A stretch of DNA of 64,000 nt from Amoebophrya sp. A120 (GCA_905178155.1 CAJINV010000022.1:372001-436000), one strand, 5' to 3'. Numbered from the stretch's first letter, positions 1 through 12,369 are shown. The notes: generated by a model not told the origin, from the sequence alone. Made by a program: numbers and translations.

Positions 1-102
1 CACGACGAGAAATGAAATTTGTAATGCGGATTGAACTTGAAAAAAAAAAAATTGCAATGCGTAAATACGATTAGTACGAGTGCGATGCTTTTGCAATGCA
101 TA
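1..102. mobile_element. Introner family A, right part only
   Basis: Ends TACGAGTGCGATGCTTTTGCAATGCATA, the family A right TIR. Confidence 0.8.
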
Positions 103-1074
103 GAACAGTTTGAAGGACACGTTTGTCACGATCAACGAGACCATTTACGACTCCAAGTGGGCGAAGCAGTACCACGCGAACGAGCGTCTATTGTGAGGAA
201 AAATCCCCCCTCCCTGTATTGAAACGGAAATTTGTCTTGCTGGATTTGTGTACACAAAACAGCTCTGTCTTGCAGAGAGACACTGCAGGCAACGCCTAAG
301 CCTGTGTAGGTGGGTTTTGATGTAGGTGCTTAGCATAGCAGAGGCCTGCCATGTAGCCGCAGCAGCAGCACAAATCGCCCGCATAGGCCGGCGGATTCTT
401 TGGATTTGCCCTCTTGCAAGAGAGACAGGATTTGTGGTCACATATCAGCATCGCAAACTTTTAGGAACGTACCTGCTCAATATGGGGAGGGGGGATTTTT
501 CCTCACAATAGCGTCGGGTGACTGTTTTGAACATCCGGAAGGCGATGAAGGTCCGTCCGGTATCCCGTGTAAAAACGTCCCCACCCCAGAATTTTCATGC
601 AATTCTGCATGCCAAAAAAGTTTCTCATGCGGAGCCCTATGAGAAGCCGCGTTCTCCATTCGTGTTTTGGAATTTGTGATGCAAGAATCAGCATGCTACC
701 CAAGATCTGTGATGCTTCTGAACTAGCTCAACAGGATTACACTACGAGGACCACAAACTTACCATACCAAACAACCAAGGCTGGTTGATTTGTCTAGCAC
801 AGTTGCCATCTTGACTCTGGTGTGGGGACGCTTTTAATCAGGATATCCGGGCTTGGACTTTTACAAAAACGGGAAAACGGAGGAGGAGCACATGAATGTC
901 GAATACGGCAAGGTGATCGAATTCGATCTGCAAAAATGCACTGCTACGGTGGAATGGACGACCGAAGCTGGCTGGTTTTCCAAGGCGAAGACGCAGACCT
1001 TCGACTACAAAATCGGCCCGGTCGGGAAGTTCGAGTTGGCCAAGTGGTCCAAACACGAGCGAGATCAGTACTGA
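103..1074 (+). CDS. 3' part of a gene encoding a MIB/HERC2-like domain protein (5' end outside window); exons ~103-188, 516-560, 851-1074
   Basis: Removing elements 189-510 and 561-845 plus one TSD each gives a continuous frame NSLKDTFVTINETIYDSKWAKQYHANERRVTVLNIRKAMKVRPGLDFYKNG...YGKVIEF...ATVEW...DYKIGPVGKFELAKW...*. This resembles the Mib_herc2 pattern (RV.RGPDW...GTV...V.W...YR.G..G.YDL); recognised by eye. Confidence 0.65.
189..510. mobile_element. Introner family E
   Basis: TIR TATTGTGAGGAAAAATCCCCCCTCCC; TSD GCGTC. Confidence 0.9.
561..845. mobile_element. Introner family F
   Basis: TATCCCGTGTAAAAACGTCCCCAC...GTGGGGACGCTTTTAATCAGGATA; TSD TCCGG. Confidence 0.9.
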
Positions 1075-2263
1075 TCGATTCTGTCGTACTAGTGGAACGA
1101 CACCTTTCACCATCAGTAGAGGCGAAATTTACACATCGCAGTGCTGTAGCTGAGCGACATAATATCTGACCGCGACAACTTCAACTACGTAGAAGATCTT
1201 CACGAGGTGATGTATATTTATGAGCAGCAGCTGCTGTTAGCTGCTGTTCGTGTAGTTCCTCGACCCTTTGAGCTATTTTTCCTGCTTATTGACTATGTTG
1301 ACATCGAAGTCAAACCTGATGACGAGTTTTACTTGTGTAAAGAAATTGCAAGTGCAAGACGAAAAGATTAAATAGGACTAGTCTAGTACAACTTCTTTGG
1401 TGCATCTGATGATTCAAATCCCAACAGCAAGAGCGAGCCGTTTGGAAAATCACATTTCGAAGAAGAACCGACGATAGAAGGCGAGATAGTCGTCGAACTG
1501 TTGTAGGCCGAAGTAGTACTAGCATCTGGTGCAAGAAGAGGAACCGCTGTTGGTAGTACACAATTTTAGGACACAGAGCGACCGTACTGAGGAGAAGGAC
1601 AAATGATTGATTGCTGCGTATAGACTTGTGCCGCTTGGGCTTGTGGCCTCTCGCTCAGCTAGTTTCAAAAAATTTGCAAAAAAACAAAAAATCGAAAGAG
1701 TCAGAAATCGCGGCGCAGTGCAAGTCGGCTCCACCGTTGGAGCGAGCCGGCACGCTATAGCAGCATACTATGCTTCGGTGTTCGCACGATTCTTAGCAGA
1801 ATTCGTCATTCATATACAGCTTGCAATTCTTGAAATCGTGCTGTCGGGGATATGCTTAGTTGTGGGTCTTCTAAATTATTGGCTCCTCGAAAGAAAAAAG
1901 CCGTCGAGAGGGTCGTTGCAAAATTTTCGTCTGCCTGCAAATCGTGTCTCATAGATACCTCAGAAGTGGTGAGCCGTCGTTACTTATTAGTCACCACACA
2001 ACATCAATCAAAAGGTCCCCATTCAAGATATCTGAAATTGGAACTGTAGTCCCAATCGTGGTTACCAATCGTGAATAACGATATCGATAAGAGTCAAAGC
2101 TAGAGTGGCCAATTTGTTACTCGTGATCGTGTCCTCTCATGGTACGACGCTTTTCGAGCAGCAGCTTCAGAGTTTACGGTTTTTGTTGAATTGAAGTTAA
2201 GCGCATTGCTACTGCCTTTCTACCAATCTTCTTTTGCAGAAAGAAAAATCAAAGATCAAAAAA

Positions 2264-5200
2264 ATGTCCGGCGGTGGAGGCGAGCAGGCTTTCTACTACC
2301 AAGTCGTTCTGCCCGACAAGGAGCAGGCGACCGGGGAGTGGTCACAAATGGACCAAGAAGCGACGGCCGCTGTTGCGGTTTTCGTGATTCTGAAGCCTTA
2401 CTCCGATATCACGGAGTACAGCGGGAACGCAATTGTCACGTCAACGAACAGCAATCTCGAGGGGATCAAGAACGAGCATCTGTGGCAGAACAAAGGGTAC
2501 AGTAAAGGCGCCGACGCGGCCCTGCATAAAAAATGCGCGGGACAATCCGGGAACTTGACCAAATTGTCAAAATTGTGCAAAGAAGCCTTGGCGGCGAGGC
2601 GCGACGGGGTGAAGAGGAGGGCGAGGGCGAGACGGGATGACGATAGAAGAGCGGGGAACAGTAATGCTGATATCACCCCGCCCGCAAGTGGGAGAAAGTA
2701 CTCCAATACGATTTCTCCGAGTCCAAGACAGCCGAATTCCCGATCCGTCTCCAAGAGTCCACGGCCGACAAAGCCGGGTGCGAGCACGAGACAACCGGTG
2801 TTGCAGGGTTACGCATCCGGTACAACAACTTCGCCCAGGTTTCCCGGAGCGGACGATGCTGAAACCACGTGCGACCTACCTCTCCAACCACCACTCCAAG
2901 GGATTCTGAAGCACACGACTAATACGTCAGGTACAGCTAGGGACAACCAGCCGACCCCGGAAGCTACCGATGAGGAAGATGATTACGGCGGGATGACTGG
3001 GGCCCAGAATAAACGGATGCGACGGGGAAACACCACGACCAAAATCGCTTACCGCGGCACTGAGACGACCATTCCCTTTTCCCAGCGGGAGGATGTGACG
3101 GGGGTCAGGGAGAAGGTGATTGTCGGCAGCCGAAAGCCAACCGCCAGCCCGAGACCAATGAGCCAAGTGGGCGCACCGGTTCCGCACGGGTTGAAGCCGA
3201 GCCCGCGACCTCCAGGAGGGAACAATACCAGTCGGAACGTCACGCCTAGGTTGGAACCGGGGTCGGCGCGAAATGCGGGATCGGGGAGTGCCCAGCCAGC
3301 TTGGATGAACAGCGGGACGAATAAGCAAATCACGCCAAGATTGAACCAGCGGCAGGGCACGGCGTTTGCGGAGGGGAGTCACCTGTCGCCGGATGTTGAC
3401 GATCAACGAGAAGGTGATGTCTCTGCGGGAAGCCAGGGCGAGGAGGACGATGATGAAGCGGACTTTTCCATCCCCGACGAGTACAATTATGTTGTTGTGA
3501 CAGAAGATAACAACTATGTTAACGACGAGGAAGATTGCTCCTGGTCCTGCAGCTACGACTCCTGTGGTGATCAACAAGAACAACAACATCCCTCGCGATC
3601 TCACTCCAAAACGTCCTACTCAGCGAATTCCTATTCCTTCCAAACGGCGCTTGGTGAGAGCAAAAGCGTTAGTGCAGCTGAACAGGAGAAGTTGCAGTCC
3701 CGGTCCGGTTCCGGCACAGCAAATGACGAAGACCAAGTTGCCTCTATCAACGAGCTCTATCTCGAGGAGGGCGCCCATGCCGCCGTCGACACGGACAACC
3801 CGCTGAACAAAAAGCCCAAAGAAGGAAAGAAGGATATGGGGTTCTCAAACGTTACATTCTCAAGCGTTACATGAATTTGTAATGCAAGAATGGCAAAAGG
3901 AAAAGAAAAGTGAAAGGGGAAAGCGTGCGCCTTTTGGTTTTGCATTACAGGTTTGGCACGGAGTCCAATGCTATTTAGCGCGTCAAGACCTTGCCATGCG
4001 AGGCAGCTTGATGATGTAGATACTGACGAGAATCGAATAGCTTCGCCCGCTCGGCGTGACAACGCAAACTTGCGCTAGAATGGGTAGTAGGGTTAGTGGG
4101 GGTGGTGGGTGAGGAAGCAAGGAAGGCGGCTCACTCCTGGGGGGAGGGAGACCGGCCCCAACCTCCCGTCCTGTAGGAACGCGCAGCCGCTTGCGCGAAC
4201 TTTTTTCGCAGAGGCGCAGTGGTACTCGGTAGGGAACACACGCGAAGCCTTCGTTGGGGGATGGCGCCGCAGTTTCCCGGGCGCGGGGAAGACCGCCGGA
4301 AGCCCCCCCCCCTGTTTGCGCGATTCTGTCCCTGCGTACGTATTGAGGGTCCGACTTCTTACTTTTCCTGCGTACACATCAGAACCACCCAGACAGTAGA
4401 GGTCGCTTCTGCAGCAATGAAGGAACTAAAGTCGCCCTCTCCTGCTGCCACGAAGAAACTTTTTAGCCCTCTATTGCGCAATACCCCGCGCAGGATAGAC
4501 GATGGCGATGATGATGATGATGATGATAAGACGATGATAAAAAAGCAAATGATCGATTAGAAAAGAAGATACGCATCCAAGGCTTTTAGAAGTTCAAGTC
4601 GCGCGGCCGGCCACGCAGTCATGCTGGCTAGCCGGCATGCGAGATCTGCAGTAGGCCAGGCCCAGGAGCAGGAAACGATGATCAAAAAGCTACGCCGGGC
4701 ACGTATGCCACAGGCGAGGGCGCGGGCAGGTTGCTTCGTCCTCGCGCTGGCGAATCCGTAGGGGCCTTGCTGCGGTTCATACTTACAATCGCCCCACCCT
4801 CTCATATCCACGCTTCATCTCCGAACAGCGACGGTCTAGCTTTTGCTTTTCTTTTTACCACTGCAACCATTTACATTCATTTAGAGAAAGCCTAGCTTTT
4901 ACCCATTGCTATACTAAGCTCTGTCGTTGTGTTGTTGGCGCCATCGCTCCTTTTAGTAAGTCTCCATCATTGGCGCGCCGTCTTCTCCTGCAAGTGCAGC
5001 CGCGCATCTAGTAGAAGAAGCCTTATTTGAAACATTCTCCACTCCGCAACCAATGTCGAAGCCTGATTTCCCAAATCACCCGGATGAGAAGGGGCGGAAG
5101 GTGGATTTAATTCGGGGCGCCATGTACCACCGGCGCACGGGTTCGGAGAGAGAGGGGCGCGCCGACGGCGCAAACCGTGCGGAATACATCTGGGTCGGGG

Positions 5201-8200
5201 ACTCGAAGGCCGCTAGCGGCCACGTTGTTTGCTGGTTCTCCACGTCGCAGGAACCAAAGGGACAAAAGGGGCCCGGCAGTGCTATGCTTGCGGGCGAAGA
5301 TTGGTGGCTGATATCATGGCGCCCGGGGAAGTACATCATGGACCTGGACTGCCGAGCCTCGGAGAATTTTATAGACGTGGCGGATCGCGCTTTCCGCGAG
5401 TTGCGGCCTGGCGCGACTCTGCGGCCGAACTATTTCAGAAATATCTAAGGACAGGGCGCCGAGCTAGAGGCTGTAGACGAGAGCGAGTTTTTGGGAAGTC
5501 TCCGCGGCTAGGTTGTCACGCTGTTTCTGTGTTTTCAATTTCAAGACCCAAACCCCAACGCTGATTTTCGATTGCAGTACATTTGTCAAGCGGCACGCTA
5601 GCAGCCCCGTGCGCGTGGCCCTCTTGCGCATGTTGAGGAAACGCCGCGCGCATCGAAAGAATGTTTTTCCCTGTGCCTGGAGCTCGAGCGTGTGTGGCGC
5701 CACTGTTGTGCACGTGGTGTCATTAGAACGAAGTGGACGCGTTGGCGTCTGTAGCCAATGTTGCCTCCTACGTAGGAAGCTGCTTGTCGATGGGTAGTTG
5801 AAATGTGGCGCCTCGATCGGTCTACTTTCGTCTTCCGCTCGGCTTCTTCTTTGCGTTAGGGCGCTGCCACGCGCCACTTGTCGGTCCCTCGGTCGTCGCT
5901 TGCGCGGAAAAAAGTCAGGCCGTTCGTGTTTTGGAAGCTGAAAAACAAAAATGAAGCACGGCCCCCGCCTCGCCTTTGAGGAAATGGCGCACGGTGCAGC
6001 TTGCTCTTCGCCGCTATCTTCTCGGATAGGAATGAAGGCGATGATGATGAAGATGATGACTGAAGAGTCGCGGCTATCTCATGAATGATGACGATGATGG
6101 TGATTATTATCCCCGCCCCACGTACATGATGACCATGATGATCAATATGATGACGATGGTGATGAAGTGCGGGGGGCCCTCGCCCCCCGGCCGCGCCCCC
6201 CCCGCCCATTCGATATGATGACGGTGATGCGTCGCGATTTTCAGTGCAGAGTATGACTCTAAGACTGCGATGAAGATTTCAAGATTGAAATAGTGACGGT
6301 ATGAAAGTGTTTATAATTTTTCCATGATGGAGATTATGGATGAGATTGAGACGAAGGCTCTGAGATCGAGATAAGTGCGGGGGGCCCTCGCCCCCCCCCG
6401 CACCCCCCCCGCCCATTCGATATGATGATGGTGATGCATTGCGATTTTCAGTGCAGAGCATGACTTTAAGACTGCGACGAAGATAGTGACGGTATGAAAG
6501 TGTTTATAATTTTTTCAAGATGGAGATTATGGATGAGATTGAGACGAAGGCTCTGAGATCGAGATAAGTGCGGGGGGCCCTCGCCCCCCCCCCGCACCCC
6601 CCCCGCCCATTCGATATGATGATGGTGATGCATTGCGATTTTCAGTGCGAAGTAGGATTTTAAGACTGCGATGAAGATTTTAAGATTGGAATAGTGGTGG
6701 TTTGAAAGTGTTTATAATTTTTCCACGATGGAGATTATGAATGAGATGGAGGCGAAGACTCTGCGATCGAGATAAGTGCGGGGGGCCCTCGCCCCCCCCC
6801 CCCCCCCCCCCCCCGCCCATTCGATATGATGATGGTGATGCATTGCGATTTTCAGTGCAGAGCATGACTTTAAGACTGCGATGAAGATTTTACGATTGGA
6901 ATAGTGATGGTATGAGTGTGTGTATAATTTTTCCAAGATGGAGATTATGAATGGGATTTAGATGAAGGCTCTGCGATCGAGATATTGTGTCTGAGATCGA
7001 AGATTATGACTTTCGAAAAGGGCTTACGACTTTAAGATCGCGATAAGGATTCGGAGATCGAGATGATGGATTATGATTTTCTAAATGAGATTATGACTTG
7101 AAGATCGAGATAGTGGCTCGGTGAGTGAGATGATGATTGTAAGATTGATGATTCTCAGATCAAGATTGAATTTTGTGAACTCTGTGAATTCTGTGAATTT
7201 TGTGAACTCTCGCGAACTATGTATGATGTGTGATGAAGAAGAACTCAAAAGGTTTAGTGAACTCAAAAGGTGCACTGAACACAAAAGATGCACTGAACTC
7301 AAAAGGTGCACTGAACTCAAAAGGTGCATTGAATTCAAGAGATGCGCTGAACTCTTTTGAATTTTTGTTAAAGTTGTAGATATGACTATCAATGAGAATT
7401 TTGCATGGCAAAAAAAAACAAGTTAGTAACAGTTGAGAATGTAACGCTTGAAATTTCCATAAAGGAGAAACCCCCCAACCTCCGGGTGTCCGAAGATGGG
7501 AACAAGTTCAAATTCAACGGGGAGAAAACTTTATCCCTAGACGACACCTTCCCCAACCCGACGTTTTTAAAAGTGATGCGCACCCGCAACATTTCGGAAA
7601 AGGACCCGCATTCCCGCTTCCCAGGGATGCAGCCGAATTTCTTGCAAAACGCGAGCCGGACGACACAGAAACTGTACCAGAACATGCCTTTGTCCACCGC
7701 CCCGCCGGGGAGAAAGCGCTTGACGGTCGAAGACGTCGAGCCGAAGAAGCAGGATGACTCGAAGAAGCTCCCCTCGAACCAAGTCGCGATCAAGCAGTAC
7801 ACAATTCATAGGGGGGGAGGGATGTTAAACGAGGAGGACGACGATGAGCTGAAGACGAAAAACGGCAGCAAAGCCACGCGGATGCAGTTGAAAGGAACGG
7901 AGGCGTCTCCGCGTGATCCTTTTGTCGACTACGGAATGCAAAATAAGTCCCGTAGCCGTACACGACGAACAAAATGCATCACAAATTTCGCCAACAGACA
8001 CTGCAACACTTGTCATGCTGACTAGGAATTGAAGGCGAGTTTTGTCATGCAGCAAGAGCATGCAACCAACATCTTCCACAACTGTTGTACATAACTTCAT
8101 CGTGTGCGGGAAATTTCCTGTTCATATCGACGGCACGGAAATAACCCCCAGATCCGTCGCGGCAATTGGTGCTGATGACTTCACGAACAACCTGGAGTAT

Positions 8201-9275
8201 TTCGAGAAACTCGCGCCGTTTGAGATTTTGGAGACGAATTTGGTGCCGAAAAAGTTCCCGATGATGAAATGCTTCCGGATTCTCCACATTTCCCTACCGG
8301 CTTTTCCGAGGGAAAGCAGGGACGACATCTTCGATAGTAGCAACGATCCGAGTTCCGACAGCAACGAGTCGGACTCCGCGTTGTTAGGCGATTTACGGCA
8401 AAGAAGGAACAAAGACAGCCTTCCCGGCGATGACAGGGCGCGGAAAAGGGCGCAGAAGCAGAAAAATAAATCCTCCACCGCGAAAAGGAAGGAAAAGGAG
8501 CAGAAATTGCTGACCGAAGTGTCGAAACTACTTTTGGAAGAGGTCGTGGAGACTGAAGCGGAGGCGGAGGAAAGGTTACGAGCGGGGTTTCGGGACACGC
8601 TGTGGTACGCTCTGCACTTCTATCACAGGGAAAAGTGTTTTAACGTTAGCGGAATTTGTGATGCAGTATATGCATCACATAAGGTGCCCAAATTTGTCAT
8701 GCATAGCATGCATATTAGGCAAAAACTGGCACACGTGACTGCATTCTGTGAAAACCGTTAACGTTATCACTTTTTTGCTTGATAACTTCGGACACAGCAC
8801 GGAAGTGACGTATTACCAAAAACAGATGGCGGAGGAATTGGAGTACGAGAAGAGGAGACAAAACCCAGACGCGGAACAAGACGAAGACGGGCAAACAGAT
8901 CCATCAAAACAGCACGAAAAGCAAGCGCGCGGCCAGCCCCGGCACATGAAGCTGGCGTATCCAGCGATAGGCTGCGGGTCTCTGAACTACCCGCCGAACC
9001 TTGCGGCGGGGCACGCGTTCGGCGGGTGGATGGAAGTGATGCGGATTTTGAAGGGGTCACTGTATCCGACGTTGGTGACCATCGAGATCCGGTTTGGCGG
9101 GGATATTCGGACCTTCAACGCGTGGAAAGAAGTGTCGGATGCGTTTTTGAGAAGAAACGTGAAGGACGAGCACGGTCGGAAGGTGAAGCAGATGCAGGCG
9201 AAAATTGACGGTCGAATGGAGGAAAACGTGAAGTGTTGCGGGCTGTTTGCGGAAAGGAAGCATTATCGACCATAG
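2264..9275 (+). CDS. Macro-domain (ADP-ribose-binding family) protein with long disordered N-terminus, ~1002 aa; exons 2264-3834, 7467-7929, 8132-8620, 8790-9275
   Basis: AAAAATG start; three TSD-flanked elements join ORFs 2234-3874, 7405-8025, 8042-8761 and 8748-9275 in frame (3009 nt). Motifs LQNAS..., TIHRGGG, RILHISLP, LRAGFRDTLWYAL and LAYPAIGCGSLNYPPNLAA match, in order, macro-domain VNAAN, AIHRAAG, VIHAVGP, L..AY..SL and IAFPAISTGIYGFP...AA. Confidence 0.75.
5053..5448 (+). CDS. Possible 131-aa cargo ORF inside the insertion nested in the 3835-7461 intron
   Basis: ATG-initiated, GC-rich, globular-looking ORF; no family recognised. Confidence 0.3.
   Translation: MSKPDFPNHPDEKGRKVDLIRGAMYHRRTGSEREGRADGANRAEYIWVGDSKAASGHVVCWFSTSQEPKGQKGPGSAMLAGEDWWLISWRPGKYIMDLDCRASENFIDVADRAFRELRPGATLRPNYFRNI
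6165..6984. repeat. Tandem repeat, 4 copies of a ~193-210 bp unit with GGGGGGCCCTCG(C)n tracts
   Basis: Units start AAGTGCGGGGGGCCCTCG at 6165, 6373, 6566 and 6774. Confidence 0.9.
7171..7354. repeat. Minisatellites: 9-bp T(T/C)TGTGAA(C/T) x~5 and 18-bp GAACTCAAAAGGTGCACT x6
   Basis: Directly visible at 7171-7218 and 7241-7354. Confidence 0.85.
7930..8126. mobile_element. Introner family J (degenerate, TAC start)
   Basis: TSD TCGAC; ends ...GTGTGCGGGAAATTTCCTGTTCATA. Confidence 0.85.
8621..8784. mobile_element. Introner family H
   Basis: TATCACAGGGAAAAGTGTTTTAACGTTA...TAACGTTATCACTTTTTTGCTTGATA; TSD ACTTC. Confidence 0.9.
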
Positions 9276-10121
9276 GAAGGTGTGGTGATGAAGACGAGAG
9301 CACTATCGATGTCCCTGTTGGACCCACTGGTGCCGACCATTGTCATCAGGAACCAAATAGAAAAACGCTATATTAAATAAATGTTGATGTTTCTGTTTCC
9401 GGCGTTTCCCAGAAAATGATTGCGATGCGACCAACGACCAAGGTGAACGACTTTGGCACCATAATTTCTAAATTGGTATACGTGAAACTCGAGCTGACTC
9501 CTTGCAAGAAAGAAATCAACGTCCTGCTGGTGTTCCGCGCTGCATTGCAATCTAAATCTCTACGCTCATATTTACATAAACTGCTCTTGTAAACGAGGGA
9601 CCAATCATTCTGTCAGCATCGGTTTTTGCCATCGTCCGGCTTTTGGTCCGACGATGAACATGAAAATAAAGATAAACTCCTCTCTAATTATCTCAGTCGG
9701 TTTGTTAGCGCAGAGGACGTCGAAGCCTCCTCGGTCATAATTTCCGTTGCATCAACTACATCGACATCTTCTTCAAAGAAAAGCTATCATGGTCGGTCAT
9801 CTGTGGATGCTGTTGCTGATAATAGAAATGGCTCCTTCGTGGTTCATTCTCCTATCGGTCAACATCCACCTAGAACGCTCATCGAGCAACTTGGAAAATC
9901 GGCATCCACTTTCAATAAACAGAGCTCGCTGGTTGTAAGTAGTTCACGCGATTCTCACACAGCTCGTTCCCGCTTTATTGCGTCTTCTATTTTTTATACT
10001 AGATTCTGTTGCTCCTGGTAGCGCTTCCAGCATCCATTTGATACACACATTTATTTTTCTGTTTTGAAAAGAGAAGTCGATCAGTACAACTTGATACAAG
10101 TTCGTCCAATATTTTTCCAAA

Positions 10122-10517
10122 ATGCACCGCAACATCAACCACCACCACCGCACTTCCAAAAACGCGGAAGAGGCGAAAAAACAGCCCACCGGTGAAGGCG
10201 AGTCGATGGAAGAGCGGCTCCAGTTCACGGATAAGAATGGTAACACGAAATACGTCGGCCACGAGGCTCGCACCGCGAAACCGAAGATCTTAGCGGACCC
10301 GTACGGCTTCGCGGGCATCGCGATCGGTAAGCCGCCCCCGGGGGGCAAGGGGTTTACCGGGTACGGAGGCTCGGGCGGCGGGTATTTCGGGAGCGGAAAG
10401 AAGATGCAGAAAATTGTTATCGGAGTGGTTGTAGGGTGCGCTCTGGTATACTCCTACACGTCTTACTGCGGGTCCTTCGGCTGGTGGGGAAAACCGTGGT
10501 ATTGTGATCTGGTGTAA
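10122..10517 (+). CDS. Small intronless hypothetical membrane protein (131 aa, Gly-rich, C-terminal TM helix)
   Basis: CAAAATG start context like neighbouring genes, GC3-rich codons, hydrophobic IVIGVVVGCALVYSY segment. Confidence 0.6.
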   Translation: MHRNINHHHRTSKNAEEAKKQPTGEGESMEERLQFTDKNGNTKYVGHEARTAKPKILADPYGFAGIAIGKPPPGGKGFTGYGGSGGGYFGSGKKMQKIVIGVVVGCALVYSYTSYCGSFGWWGKPWYCDLV

Positions 10518-11574
10518 GTAGGATCAGATGATGGAGTAGACGCAAATCTTGTGTTTTTCTGAGTTTTTTTTAGTTTTACAGCATTACCATTCTCTCCTTG
10601 CACAGTTCGCTGTCATCTTATTCATATTCTCGAGGACTAGTATTCTATTTCGAAAAGTATAGCTGCAGCGCCAGACGTTCGCGTCTAAGTTGTCGTTATC
10701 GCTTTACTTACCCACAGATCTTCGTGACTAAATTTTGTCATCATGGACGCACATCCACGGCGTCGTCGTCGAACTACCATGAACGCAAATTTATTTACTG
10801 GCAAAAACTAAAATAAAACAGCCTGATGCCATTTTCCTACACTCTGGTAGTACCTACAAAGATAAAGAAACGGTTATCTTCCTATTGTGGCGCTTTGGTG
10901 CCATTGTTCTTGGTTTGGGGAAGGTGATGCTTGCTCGACGTCGAAGAAGAAGATGCAGTCTTATTAGGTTGCTCGACAACACTCAAGGGGCTGTCGTCTT
11001 TAGGGGGAGTTTGTTCATCCTTCTTCGTCATTTGAGTGAAGTATTTGAGTAGATGAAGAAGGACGAAAAATTTATTGTCTTTCGTTGAACAAGTCCTTCA
11101 CCTTCATTTTTCTGTTTGTCGTCATCGCAACTAGTACTGGGCCTTGTAGAGTACTGCGTAACGTCGGGGCTCGATCTTTCTTCAAGTCGTAGCTCGATTT
11201 CGGTCTAGTACATCGATAGCGAAAGATCCAGCAAGACGACGATCTCGGGCTCGTTCGTGATCGCTGTCGTGATCAACATCGTGGGAATGAACAACTTCGA
11301 TTCATCGTGTGATGGCGTGATGTAGTCCCTCGTCGTACAGGTGGTTTTATTTCGCTTGCTTCCGCCTCGTCGATGATCATAAGGCTTCAGAGCATTTATT
11401 TTCATTGATAGGATAGTTATTTTGTAAAAGCAGTAGCTCCTGGTGAGCTGCCCCATGAGGAGCGCCATGCCTCGTAGAAGACAGAAAATCCTGTTGCGTA
11501 GATGAAGCCAAATCTCCTGTTGTAAGTACCTCCTTTGCAGCAGCAGCACCACTGAGACAGGAAAGAACCACAAA

Positions 11575-12369
11575 ATGGCCTTCAATAACGCCCCCACACC
11601 CGCGGTTTTCCCATGGATGCCAGAGCGGTATCACAAGAAAAAGTGTTAACGTTAACGGAATTTGTTATGCTGTGATGCATCAGAAATGGTGCGCAAATTT
11701 GTATTGCGTAGCATGCATGGAAGACGAAATTTGTAGTGCATGACTGCAATCTATGAAAACCGTTAATGTTAACGCTTTTTTGTTTGATAAGCGGGGCAAG
11801 GTCTCCATGATCGCCACACCGATAATGTACGCACTGCAAATATGTCTGGGTCTGGAAGGTTGCAACTTGTGATGCTATCTCTGGATTCTGAAAAAAATTT
11901 GTATTGCATGACCAGCAAGACGAGGAGTCCTCGGAGTCCAGTTTGCTCTACGCGGAGAGGCCATTTCTCATGCGGAGTAGGCATCAGGAAACCGTCTAAA
12001 AATCTGTGAAGATGCTACGTCATGCATTACAGGCGTTATGGGTCATGGAAAATCTGCATGACAAGTCCAGACCCCGACATGTTTGCATTTGATACTATGA
12101 CCGCGGGGACGAAACGAAACCCAAGTAAGAAATGGTGGAAGAGAAATCCAAAAATGATCCGGCAATCCATCTTCCTCCTGGACCCGCTACGACGGCCGAA
12201 CTTCGAGGAGGTCCACGCGTTTCAGTGGATCGGAATGAAACCGAATGAGAATTTGCCGATAGGGATGAGGAATTACTTCGCGCGGCCACGGGTGCAAACC
12301 CCGGGAGACAGGCCGAAGCAGATACGATCATTCGGAATTTGGGGAGGGTTTGGGAAGGACTTCAGGTAA
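11575..12369 (+). CDS. Hypothetical basic protein, 118 aa; exons 11575-11628, 11795-11827, 12100-12369
   Basis: CAAAATG start; removing two elements gives MAFNNAPTPAVFPWMPERGKVSMIATPIMTAGTKRNPSKKWWKRNPK...GGFGKDFR* (357 nt). Confidence 0.7.
11629..11789. mobile_element. Introner family H
   Basis: TATCACAAGAAAAAGTGTTAACGTTAACGG; TSD AGCGG. Confidence 0.9.
11828..12094. mobile_element. Introner family B
   Basis: TGCAAATATGTCTGGGTCTGGA...TCCAGACCCCGACATGTTTGCATTTGATA; imperfect TSD TAATG/CTATG. Confidence 0.85.

Larger units (their letters stand above)
4034..7393. mobile_element. Unclassified ~3.36-kb insertion nested in the family C introner
   Basis: Flanked by GAGAAT direct repeats (4028-4033, 7394-7399); removing it leaves a ~261-bp element that aligns with family C siblings. 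Confidence 0.6.
3835..7461. mobile_element. Introner family C expanded to 3627 bp by a nested insertion
   Basis: TATGGGGTTCTCAAACGTTACATTCTCAA...TTGAGAATGTAACGCTTGAAATTTCCATA; TSD AAGGA; removal restores frame. Confidence 0.9.

Noticed and set aside
4081-4112. G-rich TGGGTAGTAGGGTTAGTGGGGGTGGTGGG, telomere-like
   Set aside because: No regular tandem telomeric unit.
5173-5210. AEYIWVG resembles the N-terminal AEYIW motif of glutamine synthetase II
   Set aside because: No other GS motifs follow; probably chance.
6165-7411. Short ORFs MLCTENRNAS... and ELKRCT repeats
   Set aside because: By-products of tandem DNA repeats.
3835-7461. Possibility that the large introners are the autonomous, transposase-encoding masters
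   Set aside because: No long ORF or DDE/tyrosine-recombinase motif is visible, and both large elements resolve into a normal-sized introner plus a secondary insertion.
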